IMG/VR virus record: IMGVR_UViG_3300042569_001723
Span: 1 to 64,000 of that record
Source of the DNA: an uncultured virus (IMG/VR IMGVR_UViG_3300042569_001723)
Taxonomy: Duplodnaviria; Heunggongvirae; Uroviricota; Caudoviricetes
Length of the DNA: 64,000 bases
Direction: 5' to 3' (one strand)
Of this stretch, positions 1-11,900 are shown one piece after another. A program made the translations under genes and the position numbers. The notes below the pieces were generated by a model. It was given only the letters and a program-made list of their open reading frames with translations, did not search any database and was not told where the DNA came from. Numbering within the stretch: the stretch's first letter is position 1; every line of letters starts with the position of its first letter.

Positions 1-252
1 GGATGTACTAATCTAAATGTTTTAGTTGTCGATTTAGGACCAGGACTTATAGTTCTTGGTGATGTAAACTATTACACATTCACAGGAGCGACACCAAGTG
101 GATGTTATTCAGTCATTAGTAAGATAAATGCTCCGATAGACGACGCGTTTACCACATCATTTGGAACTGGTGGATGTAATGATTGTGAGAGTACTTATAT
201 AACTCCAACCCCAACACCTACACAAACAAATACACCAACCCCATCAGCGTAA
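1..252 (+). CDS. 3' end of a CDS (partial), Cys-containing with a C-terminal Pro-Thr repeat tail; probable virion protein
   Basis: Frame 1 is open from the window edge to TAA at 250-252 and ends ...CNDCESTYITPTPTPTQTNTPTPSA. Confidence 0.7.
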   Translation, partial: GCTNLNVLVVDLGPGLIVLGDVNYYTFTGATPSGCYSVISKINAPIDDAFTTSFGTGGCNDCESTYITPTPTPTQTNTPTPSA

Positions 253-269
253 ATAGAAAATAATATATT

Positions 270-395
270 ATGGCAATAATAATGACTGAAGGTTTTAGGT
301 TAACATTAACAGAAATAGATGAATTAATTCTAACTGAAGATAATGTTATTATAACTGCTGAAAATAATGAAGGAACTCAATTCGATGATGAATAA
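270..395 (+). CDS. Small acidic hypothetical protein (41 aa)
   Basis: Manual translation MAIIMTEGFRLTLTEIDELILTEDNVIITAENNEGTQFDDE; stop overlaps next ATG (TAATG). Confidence 0.55.
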   Translation: MAIIMTEGFRLTLTEIDELILTEDNVIITAENNEGTQFDDE

Positions 396-1195
396 TGTCA
401 AATAGAAAATTTAAAGATTTACCATTATATACCGGTGACACATCGAGTACTTACCTGATATTGAACAACTCATCTCAGACAACAACTCATAAAGTTACGA
501 AGGAAAAATTTTTAGATGGTAATAATATATTTCATGGTAATCAAACAATAACAGGTTCATTATCAGTATCTGGTTCAACACTACAAACAGGAAATAACAC
601 TTTAATAGGTAATACTGTTTTAAGTGGTAGTCTATCTGTTAGTGGTTCATTTACAGGTTCACTACAAATAGATGGTGATTTAAATTTAGCATCACCACAT
701 AGTTTTTATCGTTGGGGAAATAAATTATTCAACTACGGACAATGGTATTCATTACAAACACAAAGTGGTTCAGCAGATACGGCATATCCTATGCGATTTG
801 AAGTACCTGCTGATTTATCTGGTATGTACGTTGGAAATAATGGTAGTGGAGTTCCAACTAGAATTTATGTAGAGAATAATGGATTATATAACATTCAATT
901 TTCAGCACAATTGCATACAACCGCAAATCAGTCGTGTGATTTTTCTATTTGGTTTGCTATGACCGGTTCGGCTATTGATAATTCAAATACCGATTTCTCT
1001 ATTGAAAAGGTAAGTGGTGGGGGATTTCAAGTGGCAGCATTAAACTTCTTAACTTCAATATCATCTGGAAGTTATGTAGAATTGTATTGGTCAAAAACAA
1101 CGGCACAGGGGCAATTACAATATAAAGATGTACAATCAACTCCATCGAGACCCGCAACACCATCGGTAATTGTTACAGTTACACAAGTGGCGTAA
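395..1195 (+). CDS. Virion fibre-like protein with C-terminal BclA/C1q(TNF)-like beta-sandwich
   Basis: N-terminal GNQTITGSLSVSGS fibre repeats; C-terminal GLYNIQFSAQL...GSYVELYW pattern typical of TNF-like trimeric heads. Confidence 0.55.
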   Translation: MSNRKFKDLPLYTGDTSSTYLILNNSSQTTTHKVTKEKFLDGNNIFHGNQTITGSLSVSGSTLQTGNNTLIGNTVLSGSLSVSGSFTGSLQIDGDLNLASPHSFYRWGNKLFNYGQWYSLQTQSGSADTAYPMRFEVPADLSGMYVGNNGSGVPTRIYVENNGLYNIQFSAQLHTTANQSCDFSIWFAMTGSAIDNSNTDFSIEKVSGGGFQVAALNFLTSISSGSYVELYWSKTTAQGQLQYKDVQSTPSRPATPSVIVTVTQVA

Positions 1196-1232
1196 AAACC
1201 TTTTTTTTATTTACTAATTCTTTTTTTTTGTG

Positions 1233-1239
1233 TATTTAT
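1233..1239 (+). promoter_or_regulatory. TATTTAT putative late-promoter motif
   Basis: Same heptamer in intergenic gaps upstream of 1309, 5949, 37543, 53229 and (minus strand) 53155. Confidence 0.5.
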
Positions 1240-1246
1240 ATGTAAG

Positions 1247-1312
1247 ACCTACATAGGTTGGATTAACCGTGGTACATACCACAATTTTTCTTAGAAGGAA
1301 CCATACATATGG
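1247..1312 (+). promoter_or_regulatory. Three ACAT-loop hairpins in the 5' leader; the last contains the start codon
   Basis: ACCT-ACAT-AGGT (1247-1258), GTGGT-ACAT-ACCAC (1269-1282), CCAT-ACAT-ATGG (1301-1312; ATG at 1309). Confidence 0.6.
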
Positions 1313-3351
1313 CACAAATAGTAAAACTACGTAGAAGTAGTGTAATCGGTAAAAAACCGACCAACGCTCAACTCGAATTAGGTGAATTGTCAATCAATAC
1401 ATCGGATGGTAAAGTCTATTTTGCTAAATCAGGTTCATTAGGTCCTTCAATTGAGGAATTAATATCAACAAACACGGTTAACACAGGTTCAATATACCTT
1501 ACAGGTGACATCACAGGTTCCATTTTTACAGGTTCTTTTAAAGGTGATGGTGGTGGTCTTTACAATGTTCCAGCTTCAGGAGTTACAGGTTTACAATTAA
1601 ATTTAATCAGTAGTGGTAGTAATACAGCATCGATTGATTTAAATGGTTTTAATGTTAATACCAGTGCTGCGATAACAGGGTCATTATACGTCTCAGGTTC
1701 ATTATATGGAGATGGTAGTAATTTAACAAATGTAGGTTATACAGAAAAGGTATTTTATGTAAGTGAAGATGGTAACGATAATAATGATGGTAAAACATTA
1801 TCCACCCCGTTTAGAACCATTAAAGTGGCCGCAACTGCGGCTTCAGCTTCATTAGCGTTAAATCCACCAAGTCCATACCCATACAGAACAAGTATTCGTG
1901 TTAAAACAGGATATTATGTTGAGGAGGCACCAATCACATTGGTAAGTAACGTATCGATTTTAGGTGATGACTTAAGATCTGTAGTTGTTAGACCAACAAA
2001 CGGAACAAAAGGTAATAATCTATTTTTAATGAATAATGGTTGTTACGCACAAGGATTAAGATTAGAAGGTTGTGAAATCGATAATTTAGAAGACCCAAGA
2101 AGTGGTTTCTTTTTCGCTTTCGCACCTGGTGCATATATTTCAACATCACCATACGTACAAAACTGTTCAGCGATTAACACACCATTCTCTAAGTTTTATA
2201 CCCCATTAGATTTTGATAATGGTAACCCATTGGTGGGTAACGGACCTGGTGGAATGTTAATTGATGATTCAGTATTAGACCCATATAGTCCACTTCGTTC
2301 AATGATTGTGGATTCATACACACAGGTTGCTTTTAATGGTATCGGTATGTGTGCAAGAGGTAGAGGTTATGGTCAGATGGTATCGTTCTTTACTAACTTT
2401 AGTAGAGTCGGTGTGTATTGTATTGATGGTGGACACGCTTCTTTATTGAATTCGAATACCACATTTGGTGATTATGGTTTACGTTCTAAAGGAATGAGAA
2501 TATTAGTTAAACCTGACACAACAATTGTTACAGGAACAACCATTGATCCAACAGCATCAGCATATATTGCAACAAAAAAGACACAGATTCAAACATACAT
2601 GATATCACAATTGGCATTATATGGTACGTATGCATCATCATATAGTAACACTGGTTCAACAATATACGAATCAACAATAAAAGATTCGGGATTATTATTA
2701 GATGCAATTTGTGATGATTTATTATCACCAGTTGTTGCACGTGTGTCTCAAATAGCTTCAGGATTCTTTATTGGTCAAGACACATCTGTGGGTGGTATAT
2801 ACACATTACCGGTGCAAAGTGGATTTACACAAGGTGCAATTGCCGCCTTCCCTGTAAATGCTGGTAATACAGGTATTGCACAAGATTTTGTATTGGCATA
2901 TCAATATATGAGAGATTATTTTGAAAATGATCCTGATAATATTTTTGGTTCAATAAGTGCCACAACAATTACTAAAGTAAGTCAATTATTAGGTGTTGTT
3001 GAAGACACAGTACAACGAGTTATAGTTGATGAAGCGGGAGGAGATTTATTAGTTGAATTTGGTTCGTTAATCACATCAACATCACATGATTTCTCATATG
3101 CTGGTTCAGGAGTTAACTTCTTAGGTCTTCCTGTTAACCAAGGTGGTGTTGGAGAAACAAATTTAACTATTAGGGTTTTCCAAGAAGGTGGTGGTAGAGT
3201 TTACTACACCGCTGGTGATGAAACGGGTGACCAATATCAAGGTAATGAATTCATTATTAGACAAAAGACAGGTACCATTGAAGGTAGAACTTTTTATAGA
3301 GCGGTATCCGCACAAATAACCCCATTAAACTTAGCATTAGAAACATCTTAA
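1309..3351 (+). CDS. Tail fibre/tailspike-like protein: Mtd-N-like N-terminus plus pectin-lyase-like beta-helix
   Basis: N-term KLRRS..GKKPT...LELGELSINTSDGKVY; YVSEDGNDNNDGKTLSTPFRTIK and SILGDDLRSVVVRP motifs of beta-helix proteins. Confidence 0.65.
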   Translation: MAQIVKLRRSSVIGKKPTNAQLELGELSINTSDGKVYFAKSGSLGPSIEELISTNTVNTGSIYLTGDITGSIFTGSFKGDGGGLYNVPASGVTGLQLNLISSGSNTASIDLNGFNVNTSAAITGSLYVSGSLYGDGSNLTNVGYTEKVFYVSEDGNDNNDGKTLSTPFRTIKVAATAASASLALNPPSPYPYRTSIRVKTGYYVEEAPITLVSNVSILGDDLRSVVVRPTNGTKGNNLFLMNNGCYAQGLRLEGCEIDNLEDPRSGFFFAFAPGAYISTSPYVQNCSAINTPFSKFYTPLDFDNGNPLVGNGPGGMLIDDSVLDPYSPLRSMIVDSYTQVAFNGIGMCARGRGYGQMVSFFTNFSRVGVYCIDGGHASLLNSNTTFGDYGLRSKGMRILVKPDTTIVTGTTIDPTASAYIATKKTQIQTYMISQLALYGTYASSYSNTGSTIYESTIKDSGLLLDAICDDLLSPVVARVSQIASGFFIGQDTSVGGIYTLPVQSGFTQGAIAAFPVNAGNTGIAQDFVLAYQYMRDYFENDPDNIFGSISATTITKVSQLLGVVEDTVQRVIVDEAGGDLLVEFGSLITSTSHDFSYAGSGVNFLGLPVNQGGVGETNLTIRVFQEGGGRVYYTAGDETGDQYQGNEFIIRQKTGTIEGRTFYRAVSAQITPLNLALETS

Positions 3352-3363
3352 AAAATATAAAAT

Positions 3364-3708
3364 ATGGCATTACCTTTAAATAAATTTAGATTATTGACCG
3401 AAAACTTAGTAAGTGGTAGTAATGTAATATATCAAGAAAATATTGATGTATCAACAATCGTTTTATCTTGTCAAATAACAAACATAACAACAGGAAGTAC
3501 TAAAACTGCAACTGTACAACTTCAAAAAAGTGGACAGACAGGAACTTACATAACATTGGTAAAAGATGCACACATTCCACCTTATGAATCACTTAATCCG
3601 TTAAGTGGTAAAATAGTATTAGAAAGAAATGATGCATTCATTATAAACACAAATGAAACAGGAGTATTAGATGTAGTATTATCTGTTCTAGAAAACGCAA
3701 ACAACTAA
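3364..3708 (+). CDS. Small virion structural protein (114 aa, beta-rich)
   Basis: MALPLNKF start, ends ...SVLENANN; lies between fibre genes. Confidence 0.55.
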   Translation: MALPLNKFRLLTENLVSGSNVIYQENIDVSTIVLSCQITNITTGSTKTATVQLQKSGQTGTYITLVKDAHIPPYESLNPLSGKIVLERNDAFIINTNETGVLDVVLSVLENANN

Positions 3709-3716
3709 GATAATAG

Positions 3717-5876
3717 ATGTCTAAATTAAACGGTAGAAAATCAGTCGAAATTAAATTACCCGATTTACAAAACGGGCATATACCAATTTATGATAGTACC
3801 GTAAGATTATGGAGTACCATTGATTCTGGTAATTTAGTATCGAGTAGTGCAAATCTTAGTGGTTCTAATAATTTTAATGGTGATCAAATTATTAGTGGTA
3901 GTTTAATTGTTACAAATAATATCACTGCATCTTTTTTTACGGGTACATTTATTGGTGATGGTTCTAATTTATATAACATCTCAGCATCTGCTGTTAGTGG
4001 TTTACAATTAAATCAAATAACAGATGGTCCGGCAACCGCTTCAATTACAAGTGGTAGTGGTTTAAGAATTAATACGAACACGGAAATTACAGGTTCATTA
4101 TTTGTATCGTCCGGTTCTGCAACATTTGATGCAACATTAGCGTTAACAGAAAATAGTTCTTTAATATTAAACAGCGGTTCTAATCTATATGTTTATGATG
4201 GTGGTATTATTAGTGGTACGTTTAAAGGTAATGGTGCTTTATTAACAGATTTACCTTACGCAACAACTGGTTCTAATACATTTTATGGTGGTCAAACAAT
4301 ATCCGGTTCAGTTATCATCACACAAGATTTAACTGTATTTGGTTCATCTTCTATTGTGTATGTTACGTCATCACAATTAGATATCTCAACTAATATTATT
4401 AAAGTTAATGCTGCAAATCCTGGAGTTAGATATGGTGGATTAGCTGTTGTTGATAGTGGTTCAAATCCACAAGTTTCAGGTTCGTTTCTGTTTGATTCAC
4501 AAAAAGACGAATGGATATTTATTCATCAATCTCAAGGAGTTATAACATCATCCGTTTTCTTATTAGGACCCGAGACTTTTGATGATTTAGGAAATGAAAC
4601 TTATTTAACACAAAATAGAATTCCAAAAGGGACGGGTATAGAACACTTGAATGACAGTAATATTACAGATACTGGAACTGTGGTGTCAATTAATTCAAAT
4701 ACTGAAATAACTGGTGGATTAAACATAAGCGGTTCAATTAATATTGGTCAATTCTATACTGTTCCTCAGGTTCTTACAGGTGCTGTAAGAATTACAGGTT
4801 CATTATTATTAAATGGTTCTGAAGTAGGTACGGGTAAGTTAGATGAAAACCAATTTAATAATTTTACTGCATCATATAAAACAGGATCGTTTACTGGTTC
4901 ATTTATTGGTGATGGTTCAGGTTTATACAATCTACCAATTAGTGGTATTACAGGATTAAATCTTAATAATATCACGGGTTCATTGAATGTATCGGGTAGT
5001 GTTACTGCATCATTCTTTGTGGGTGATGGTAGTCAATTAACAAATTTACCTCCAGCAGCAAACGTTCTTAGAATTAGTGGTTCCGCGGGTGATAACACAG
5101 TAGTTGACATATTAAATTCTGCATTATCTATCACAAGCAGTGGTTTAGTAACTGCGTCATTAAGTAATGGTGGTATTAACATAAGTGTTCCATATCTTAT
5201 ATCAGATTATGATGGTATAACTAAGAAACACACACAAAGTGTTGCATCAACTATGTGGACTTTCTCACATTATTTAGGAGAGAGACATCCTTCAATTGAA
5301 GTATTTGATTCAAATGGTTATGTTGTCATTCCTACAAATATTTTAGCTGTTGATCAAAATACTATCAATGTTTATTTCTCAAGTGCACAAACTGGTATTG
5401 TAACTGCAACAGTTGGTGGTGGTTTACCTGCTATTAGTGCAAGTTTTGATGGTTATTTACTTAGAACTGATGGAGTTATTCCCCAATGGGAACCATTAGG
5501 GAGTTTACCATTTGCAACAACGGGATCAAATCAATTTATTGGTGATCAAACTATCACTGGTTCTGTAAAAATAAAAAATGCTAAGATGGATGCCACATGT
5601 TCGGTTATATCAACAAGTGGAACAGTTATTAGTGCGACAGGATACGATGGTGCAAATTTTGATTTTCTTGTTAAGAGCGGTTCTAATATGAGATTAGGAA
5701 ATATTATGGCAGTTTGGGATGGAACAAGTGTGAAATATAGTGAAACATCTACAACCGATTTAGGCAACACATCTGGTGTGACATTTACGGTGTCAAATAC
5801 AGGTAATTTAAATGCTGTAATTGCTTCTGGAACATGGACTGTTGAAGTATTATACCGAGCTCTCGGTTGTTTATAA
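3717..5876 (+). CDS. Tail fibre-like structural protein (719 aa)
   Basis: Repeated FTGSFIGDGSxLxN and ATTGSNxFxGxQTIxGS modules shared with the 1309, 5949 and 53229 ORFs. Confidence 0.65.
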   Translation: MSKLNGRKSVEIKLPDLQNGHIPIYDSTVRLWSTIDSGNLVSSSANLSGSNNFNGDQIISGSLIVTNNITASFFTGTFIGDGSNLYNISASAVSGLQLNQITDGPATASITSGSGLRINTNTEITGSLFVSSGSATFDATLALTENSSLILNSGSNLYVYDGGIISGTFKGNGALLTDLPYATTGSNTFYGGQTISGSVIITQDLTVFGSSSIVYVTSSQLDISTNIIKVNAANPGVRYGGLAVVDSGSNPQVSGSFLFDSQKDEWIFIHQSQGVITSSVFLLGPETFDDLGNETYLTQNRIPKGTGIEHLNDSNITDTGTVVSINSNTEITGGLNISGSINIGQFYTVPQVLTGAVRITGSLLLNGSEVGTGKLDENQFNNFTASYKTGSFTGSFIGDGSGLYNLPISGITGLNLNNITGSLNVSGSVTASFFVGDGSQLTNLPPAANVLRISGSAGDNTVVDILNSALSITSSGLVTASLSNGGINISVPYLISDYDGITKKHTQSVASTMWTFSHYLGERHPSIEVFDSNGYVVIPTNILAVDQNTINVYFSSAQTGIVTATVGGGLPAISASFDGYLLRTDGVIPQWEPLGSLPFATTGSNQFIGDQTITGSVKIKNAKMDATCSVISTSGTVISATGYDGANFDFLVKSGSNMRLGNIMAVWDGTSVKYSETSTTDLGNTSGVTFTVSNTGNLNAVIASGTWTVEVLYRALGCL

Positions 5877-5905
5877 AATACTTTATTTTAATTGATAACA
5901 ATTGA

Positions 5906-5912
5906 TATTTAT
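5906..5912 (+). promoter_or_regulatory. TATTTAT putative late-promoter motif
   Basis: Intergenic, 37 nt upstream of the giant fibre ATG. Confidence 0.5.
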
Positions 5913-5948
5913 TAGTAACACATTAGTGGAAAGTGAAACTAATCAAAT

Positions 5949-8900
5949 ATGGGAAATGAATTTAAAGTCAAGAACGGCATTATTGTGTCCGGTTCTGCAG
6001 AAATTGAGAATGATTTAATAGTACATGGTACATTAACTGCAACTCAAATTGATTTAACAGTAGTATCTTCTTCTGTTTTATTTCAAAGCGGTTCAACCAA
6101 ATTTGGTGACTCCTCTGATGATGTTCATAACATGACAGGTTCTGTGTATATCACAGGATCTATTACCTTAAATGGTAGTCCAATCGGTACAGGTAAATTA
6201 GACCAAACCGAATTTTATACATACACAACTTCTTTAGACCAAAAAACAGGGTCATTTGCAACAACTGGTTCAAATACATTTGTTGGGACTGAAATTATTT
6301 CAGGTTCAGTTAATATCGTTGGTGGTGATTTAATCATTAACGGAACATCTTATAACTCTCAAACATCAGGTACTTCAGGAACTAGCGGAACTGCCGGTTC
6401 TAGTGGAACCTCAGGTTCAAGTGGTAGTGCAGGTACTTCAGGTACTTCAGGTACATCTGGTTCTAGTGGTAGTGCAGGTACTTCAGGTACATCTGGTTCT
6501 AGTGGTAGTGCAGGTACATCTGGTTCTAGTGGTACTAGAGGAACGTCCGGTTCATCAGGTAGTTCAGGAACTAGTGGTACATCTGGATCATCAGGAAGTT
6601 CAGGTTCTGCAGGTACAAGTGGTACGTCTGGTTCTTCTGGAAGTAGTGGAACAGCTGGTTCTTCAGGAACGTCAGGTTTATTAACATTAACTGGTACAAC
6701 AGATAATGGTATAATAACATTAAATGGTTCCGCACCAAATGCAACAGTCGAATCTAATTTAAGATTTGATGGATCAACTTTAAGTGTGACAGGTAGTGGT
6801 ACTGTTTCAGGTAACTTAACAGTTCAAGGTAACTTAACCGCACAACAATTTATTGTTAGTTCATCGGTTACACATCTTACAACATCTTTTTCAAGTGGAT
6901 CTACAAAATTTGGTGACACTATAGACGACAACCATAATTTTACAGGTTCAGTTTTTATTACAGGGGCATTACAAATACCAAAATCGGCATCTAATCCAAC
7001 AGGTACGGTTTCAGGTCAATTATATTATAATACCACAGATACAAACATATATCGTTACGATGGTTCGTTTTGGTTAAAAGCGGCAGGTACTTCAGGTACT
7101 AGTGGAACTTCAGGTTCTTCAGGTAGTGCAGGAACATCGGGAACGTCAGGTTCTAGCGGTTCTGCGGGAACTAGTGGTACGTCAGGAAGTAGTGGTAGTA
7201 CAGGTACTTCGGGAACTAGTGGTAGTTCAGGTTCAGCGGGAACAAGCGGAACGGCAGGTTCTTCAGGTAGTGCAGGAACGAGCGGTACGTCAGGTTCTTC
7301 AGGTTCAGCGGGTACATCTGGAACATCAGGTTCTAGTGGAAGTGCTGGTACATCTGGAAGTAGTGGTAGTGCGGGAACAAGTGGTTCTAGTGGTTCTGCG
7401 GGTTCATCAGGTAGTGCAGGTACTAGTGGTTCATCTGGTAGTTCAGGGTCTGCAGGTACTTCCGGTACAAGTGGAACGAGTGGAAGTACAGGTACGTCAG
7501 GAACAAGCGGTTCATCTGGTAGTTCAGGAACTAGTGGTTCATCTGGAACATCTATAACAACATCAGGAACAAACAATACTGTTGTTAAATTTACATCTAC
7601 ATCGACAGTTGGTAACTCCAACATTAAAGATGATGGTACAACAATACAATTAGGTTCAAATACACAAATAACGGGGTCATTAGTTGTTAGTGGTAACCTA
7701 ACGGCTCAACAATTTATTGTTAGCTCATCGGTTACACATCTTACGACCTCTTTCTCATCGGGATCAACAAAATTCGGTGATGATATTTTTGATAACCACA
7801 ACTTCACAGGTTCAGTAATAGTTACCGGTTCATTACAAATACCATTAACGACTTCACCATTACTTGCCGCAACTGGTGCAATTTATTACAATACAACAGA
7901 TACAAACATATATCGATATGATGGTACAAACTGGTTAAAGGCTGCCGGTACTTCAGGTACTAGTGGTACATCAGGTTCTTCAGGTAGTGCCGGAACATCT
8001 GGTTCTAGTGGTTCAACAGGAACTAGTGGTAGCTCGGGTTCTAGTGGTACAAGAGGAACATCTGGTTCTAGTGGTTCTGCTGGAACAAGTGGTACATCGG
8101 GTTCTAGTGGAAGTGCGGGAACATCAGGAACAAGTGGTGGTACCGGTTCATCAGGTTCTAGTGGGTCGTCAGGTTCTAGCGGTACTTCAGGAACCACAGG
8201 TACATCAGGTTCATCAGGTACTGCTGGCACATCAGGAACTTCAGGTTCTAGCGGTTCTACAGGTACTTCAGGTTCTTCTGGAACAAGTGGTACGTCAGGT
8301 TCTAGCGGTAGTGCAGGAACATCCGGAACTTCCGGTTCCTCAGGGTCTACTGGAACAAGTGGAACATCTGGTTCTAGTGGAGCAACAGGTTCGTCAGGAA
8401 GTTCAGGTTCTAGTGGTACAAGAGGAACATCGGGTTCTAGCGGTAGTGCAGGAACGAGCGGTACGTCAGGAACATCAGGTTCTTCAGGAACATCAGGTTC
8501 TTCAGGAACATCAATTACAACAAGTGGTACAAATAATACTATAGTTAAATTCACATCAACTTCAACAGTTGGTAACTCTAACTTAACGGACGATGGAACA
8601 ACCTTTAGAGTTGGTCAAAACGCAATAGTAACAGGTTCTTTAACCGTTACGGGTAATTTAATTGCACAGCAATATATTGTAAGTTCTTCAGTTAGTTATA
8701 TAACAACATCATTCGCATCAGGATCAACAAAATTCGGTGATAGTTCTGATGATGTCCATAATTTTACAGGTTCATTAAATATTGGTGGTGGAGGTAAATT
8801 AACCGTAGCTACGGTTGGTGGTGATGAGGGAGGTGAAATTTTATTGGGTAAAGCGGCAACCAATACAACACTTGCAGGTGATGGTGTAACAATCGATGTT

Positions 8901-11900
8901 TGGCAAAATAGATTAAGAATTTTTGAACAAGGTGGAAATGCGAGAGGTGGATATTTTGATATATCAACATTGGCAAATGGTGTTGGAACTAATCTTATAA
9001 CTGCTGGTTCTAGTGGTACTTCAGGAACTGCTGGAACTAGTGGAACATCAGGTATTAATGGGTCATCAGGAACATCGGGTTCTAGTGGTACTTCAGGAAC
9101 AAGTGGTACGTCTGGAACTTCAGGTTCTGCGGGTACATCTGGTTCTAGTGGTTCAACAGGAACAAGTGGAACATCTGGTTCTAGTGGTACAAGAGGAACA
9201 TCGGGTTCTAGTGGAAGTAGTGGAAGTGCTGGTACATCGGGTTCTAGTGGAAGTAGTGGAAGTGCTGGTACTTCAGGTTCTAGTGGTACTTCAGGAACTA
9301 GTGGAAGTGCTGGTACATCGGGTTCTAGTGGAAGTAGTGGAAGTGCTGGTACTTCAGGTTCTAGTGGTACATCCGGAACATCAGGTTCCAGTGGAGCAAC
9401 AGGTTCGTCAGGAAGTTCAGGTTCTAGTGGTACAAGAGGAACTTCAGGTTCTAGCGGTAGTACAGGAACAAGTGGAACATCAGGAAGCTCAGGTGCAACT
9501 GGTTCCTCAGGAACAAGTGGTACATCAGGTTCTAGTGGAGCAACTGGTTCTTCAGGAAGTAGCGGTAGTGCAGGAACCAGTGGAACATCAGGAAGTAGTG
9601 GTACTTCAATCACAACTTCGGGTACTAATAATACATTAACTAAATTTACATCAACAACAACAGTTGGAAACGCAACCAACTTAACAGATGACGGAACAAC
9701 GTTTAGAATTGGTGAAAATACAATCGTAACAGGGTCATTAGTAGTGACAGGAAACTTAACTGCTCAACAATTTATTGTTAGTAGTAGTGTAACACACTTA
9801 ACTACGTCATTCGCCTCAGGTTCATCTAAGTTTGGTGATACTATTGATGATACACATCAATTTACGGGAAGTGTTAGAATCACCGGCTCATTACAAATAC
9901 CTAGTGCATCGGCTAACCCAACAGGAACGGCAACAGGTTCAATATATTACAATACAACAGATTCTAACATTTATAGATATGATGGTTCATTCTGGTTAAA
10001 ATCTGCTGGTTCTTCTGGAACAAGTGGAACATCTGGTTCTGCGGGTACATCTGGAACGGCAGGTTCAAGTGGAAGTGCCGGAACATCTGGAACATCAGGT
10101 TCAAGTGGAAGTGCCGGAACTTCAGGAACAAGTGGTACTTCAGGTTCAAGTGGAGCAACAGGTTCGTCAGGAACCTCAGGTTCTAGTGGAGCAACTGGTT
10201 CATCAGGAAGTTCAGGTTCATCTGGTACAAGAGGTACGAGTGGTTCAAGCGGTTCTGCGGGAACAAGTGGAACATCAGGTTCTTCAGGGACATCTGGAAC
10301 ATCAGGTTCTAGTGGAGCGACTGGTTCATCTGGTTCTAGTGGTACTGCGGGTACTTCAGGTTCAAGTGGAGCTACAGGTTCGTCAGGAACCTCAGGAACA
10401 TCAGGTTCTAGTGGAGCAACTGGTTCTTCAGGAAGTAGTGGTACTGCGGGGTCTTCAGGTTCTAGTGGTGCTACAGGTTCGTCTGGAACATCAGGTTCTT
10501 CTGGTACAAGAGGTACATCAGGTTCTAGTGGTACTGCAGGTACTTCAGGATCATCAGGGTCTTCAGGTTCTTCTGGAACTAGTGGAACATCTATAACAAC
10601 GTCAGGAGCAAACAACACATTAGTTAAATTTACATCAACCTCTACGGTCGGTAATTCAAATTTAACAGACGATGGAACAACAATTAGATTGGCATCTAAT
10701 TCAATTGTTACGGGGTCACTGGTTGTTACGGGTAATTTAACTGCTCAACAACTTATTATATCATCTTCAGTAATGCATTTGACTCAGTCATTTGCATCAG
10801 GAAGTCATAAGTTTGGTGATACCGCAGATGATAATCATGATTTTACAGGATCAGTTAGAATAAACGGGTCAATTGTTTCAACAACAACCGCATTAGTGTC
10901 TGGCTCATCTCAAATTGATTTAACTGCAACCACAAACTATTCAACAGGAATAAAAACAAGATTAAATGCTGAGGGTGTAATATCTGGTTCATCACAAGTA
11001 ACGGGAATAGGTAATTCACAATTAACAAACTCATCTTTTAATATTGGTACAACATCCATATCATTAGGTCGGGCAAGTGCGTCTCAAACATTAACAGGAG
11101 TTAGTATTGATGGTAATTCAGCAACTGTAACAAACGGAGTTTACACTACTGGTGATCAAACAATTGCTGGTATTAAAACATTTAGTAATAGAGTTGTTTT
11201 TAACTCTGCAGTTGCAAATAGACCACAATTCCCTGGTGGTATTTTAGGATTAGATACTGGTGATGGTAATTTTGATATATGGGGTATCTCTCGTGATTAT
11301 TATCCATCTCACGGAACTGGAGCAAATGCTTGGGGTTTAAGATGGAATGGTGATAATAATGATTTTGAATTTGTTGGTGGTGGTACTAATCGTGTTATTT
11401 TAGACATGGATGGTGGTAACATTACCAGTACAGGAACAATATCGGCATCAAACTTTAGTGGAACATCTTCAGGAACAAACACTGGCGATCAAACAAATAT
11501 TACGGGTAATGCCGCAACGGCAACTACTGCAGGGGCGTTAAGTTCAATGAACATATCTCAGTTTACAAATAACAGTGGTTATATTACTGGTATCTCATTT
11601 GCAAACGTTTCATCAAAACCAACAACAATCAGTGGTTATGGTATAACTGATGCAATTACAACAGGTAATATCGGTTCACAAACGGTAGCTTCAGCCGGTA
11701 ACTCAACAACGGTTGGAAATCTAACACCTATTCAGTTCTTTAACAATATGGGTGATAGCCATGGAACAAGAACTAGTTTTGACGCTAGTACCCCATCATA
11801 TAATTTTGGTTTTAGATATGTGCAAGGATCAACCAACGGACCTGGAACAGGTGGTGGTCAATTTTATTCTTGGTACATAGGTTTGGGTAATGATTATCCA

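Noticed and set aside
1196..1230. Intrinsic terminator at the T-tracts after the 395 gene
   Set aside because: T runs are present but no convincing GC-rich stem precedes them
6360..10590. Repetitive DNA resembling a CRISPR array or satellite
   Set aside because: No fixed repeat with unique spacers; the 9-nt periodicity is explained by tripeptide repeats with synonymous variation
6403..10618. Long alternative-frame ORFs (V/Q/L-rich on plus, P/E/V/D-rich on minus) inside fibre 1
   Set aside because: Shadow frames of Gly-Ser-Thr repeat codons; they track the repeat tracts
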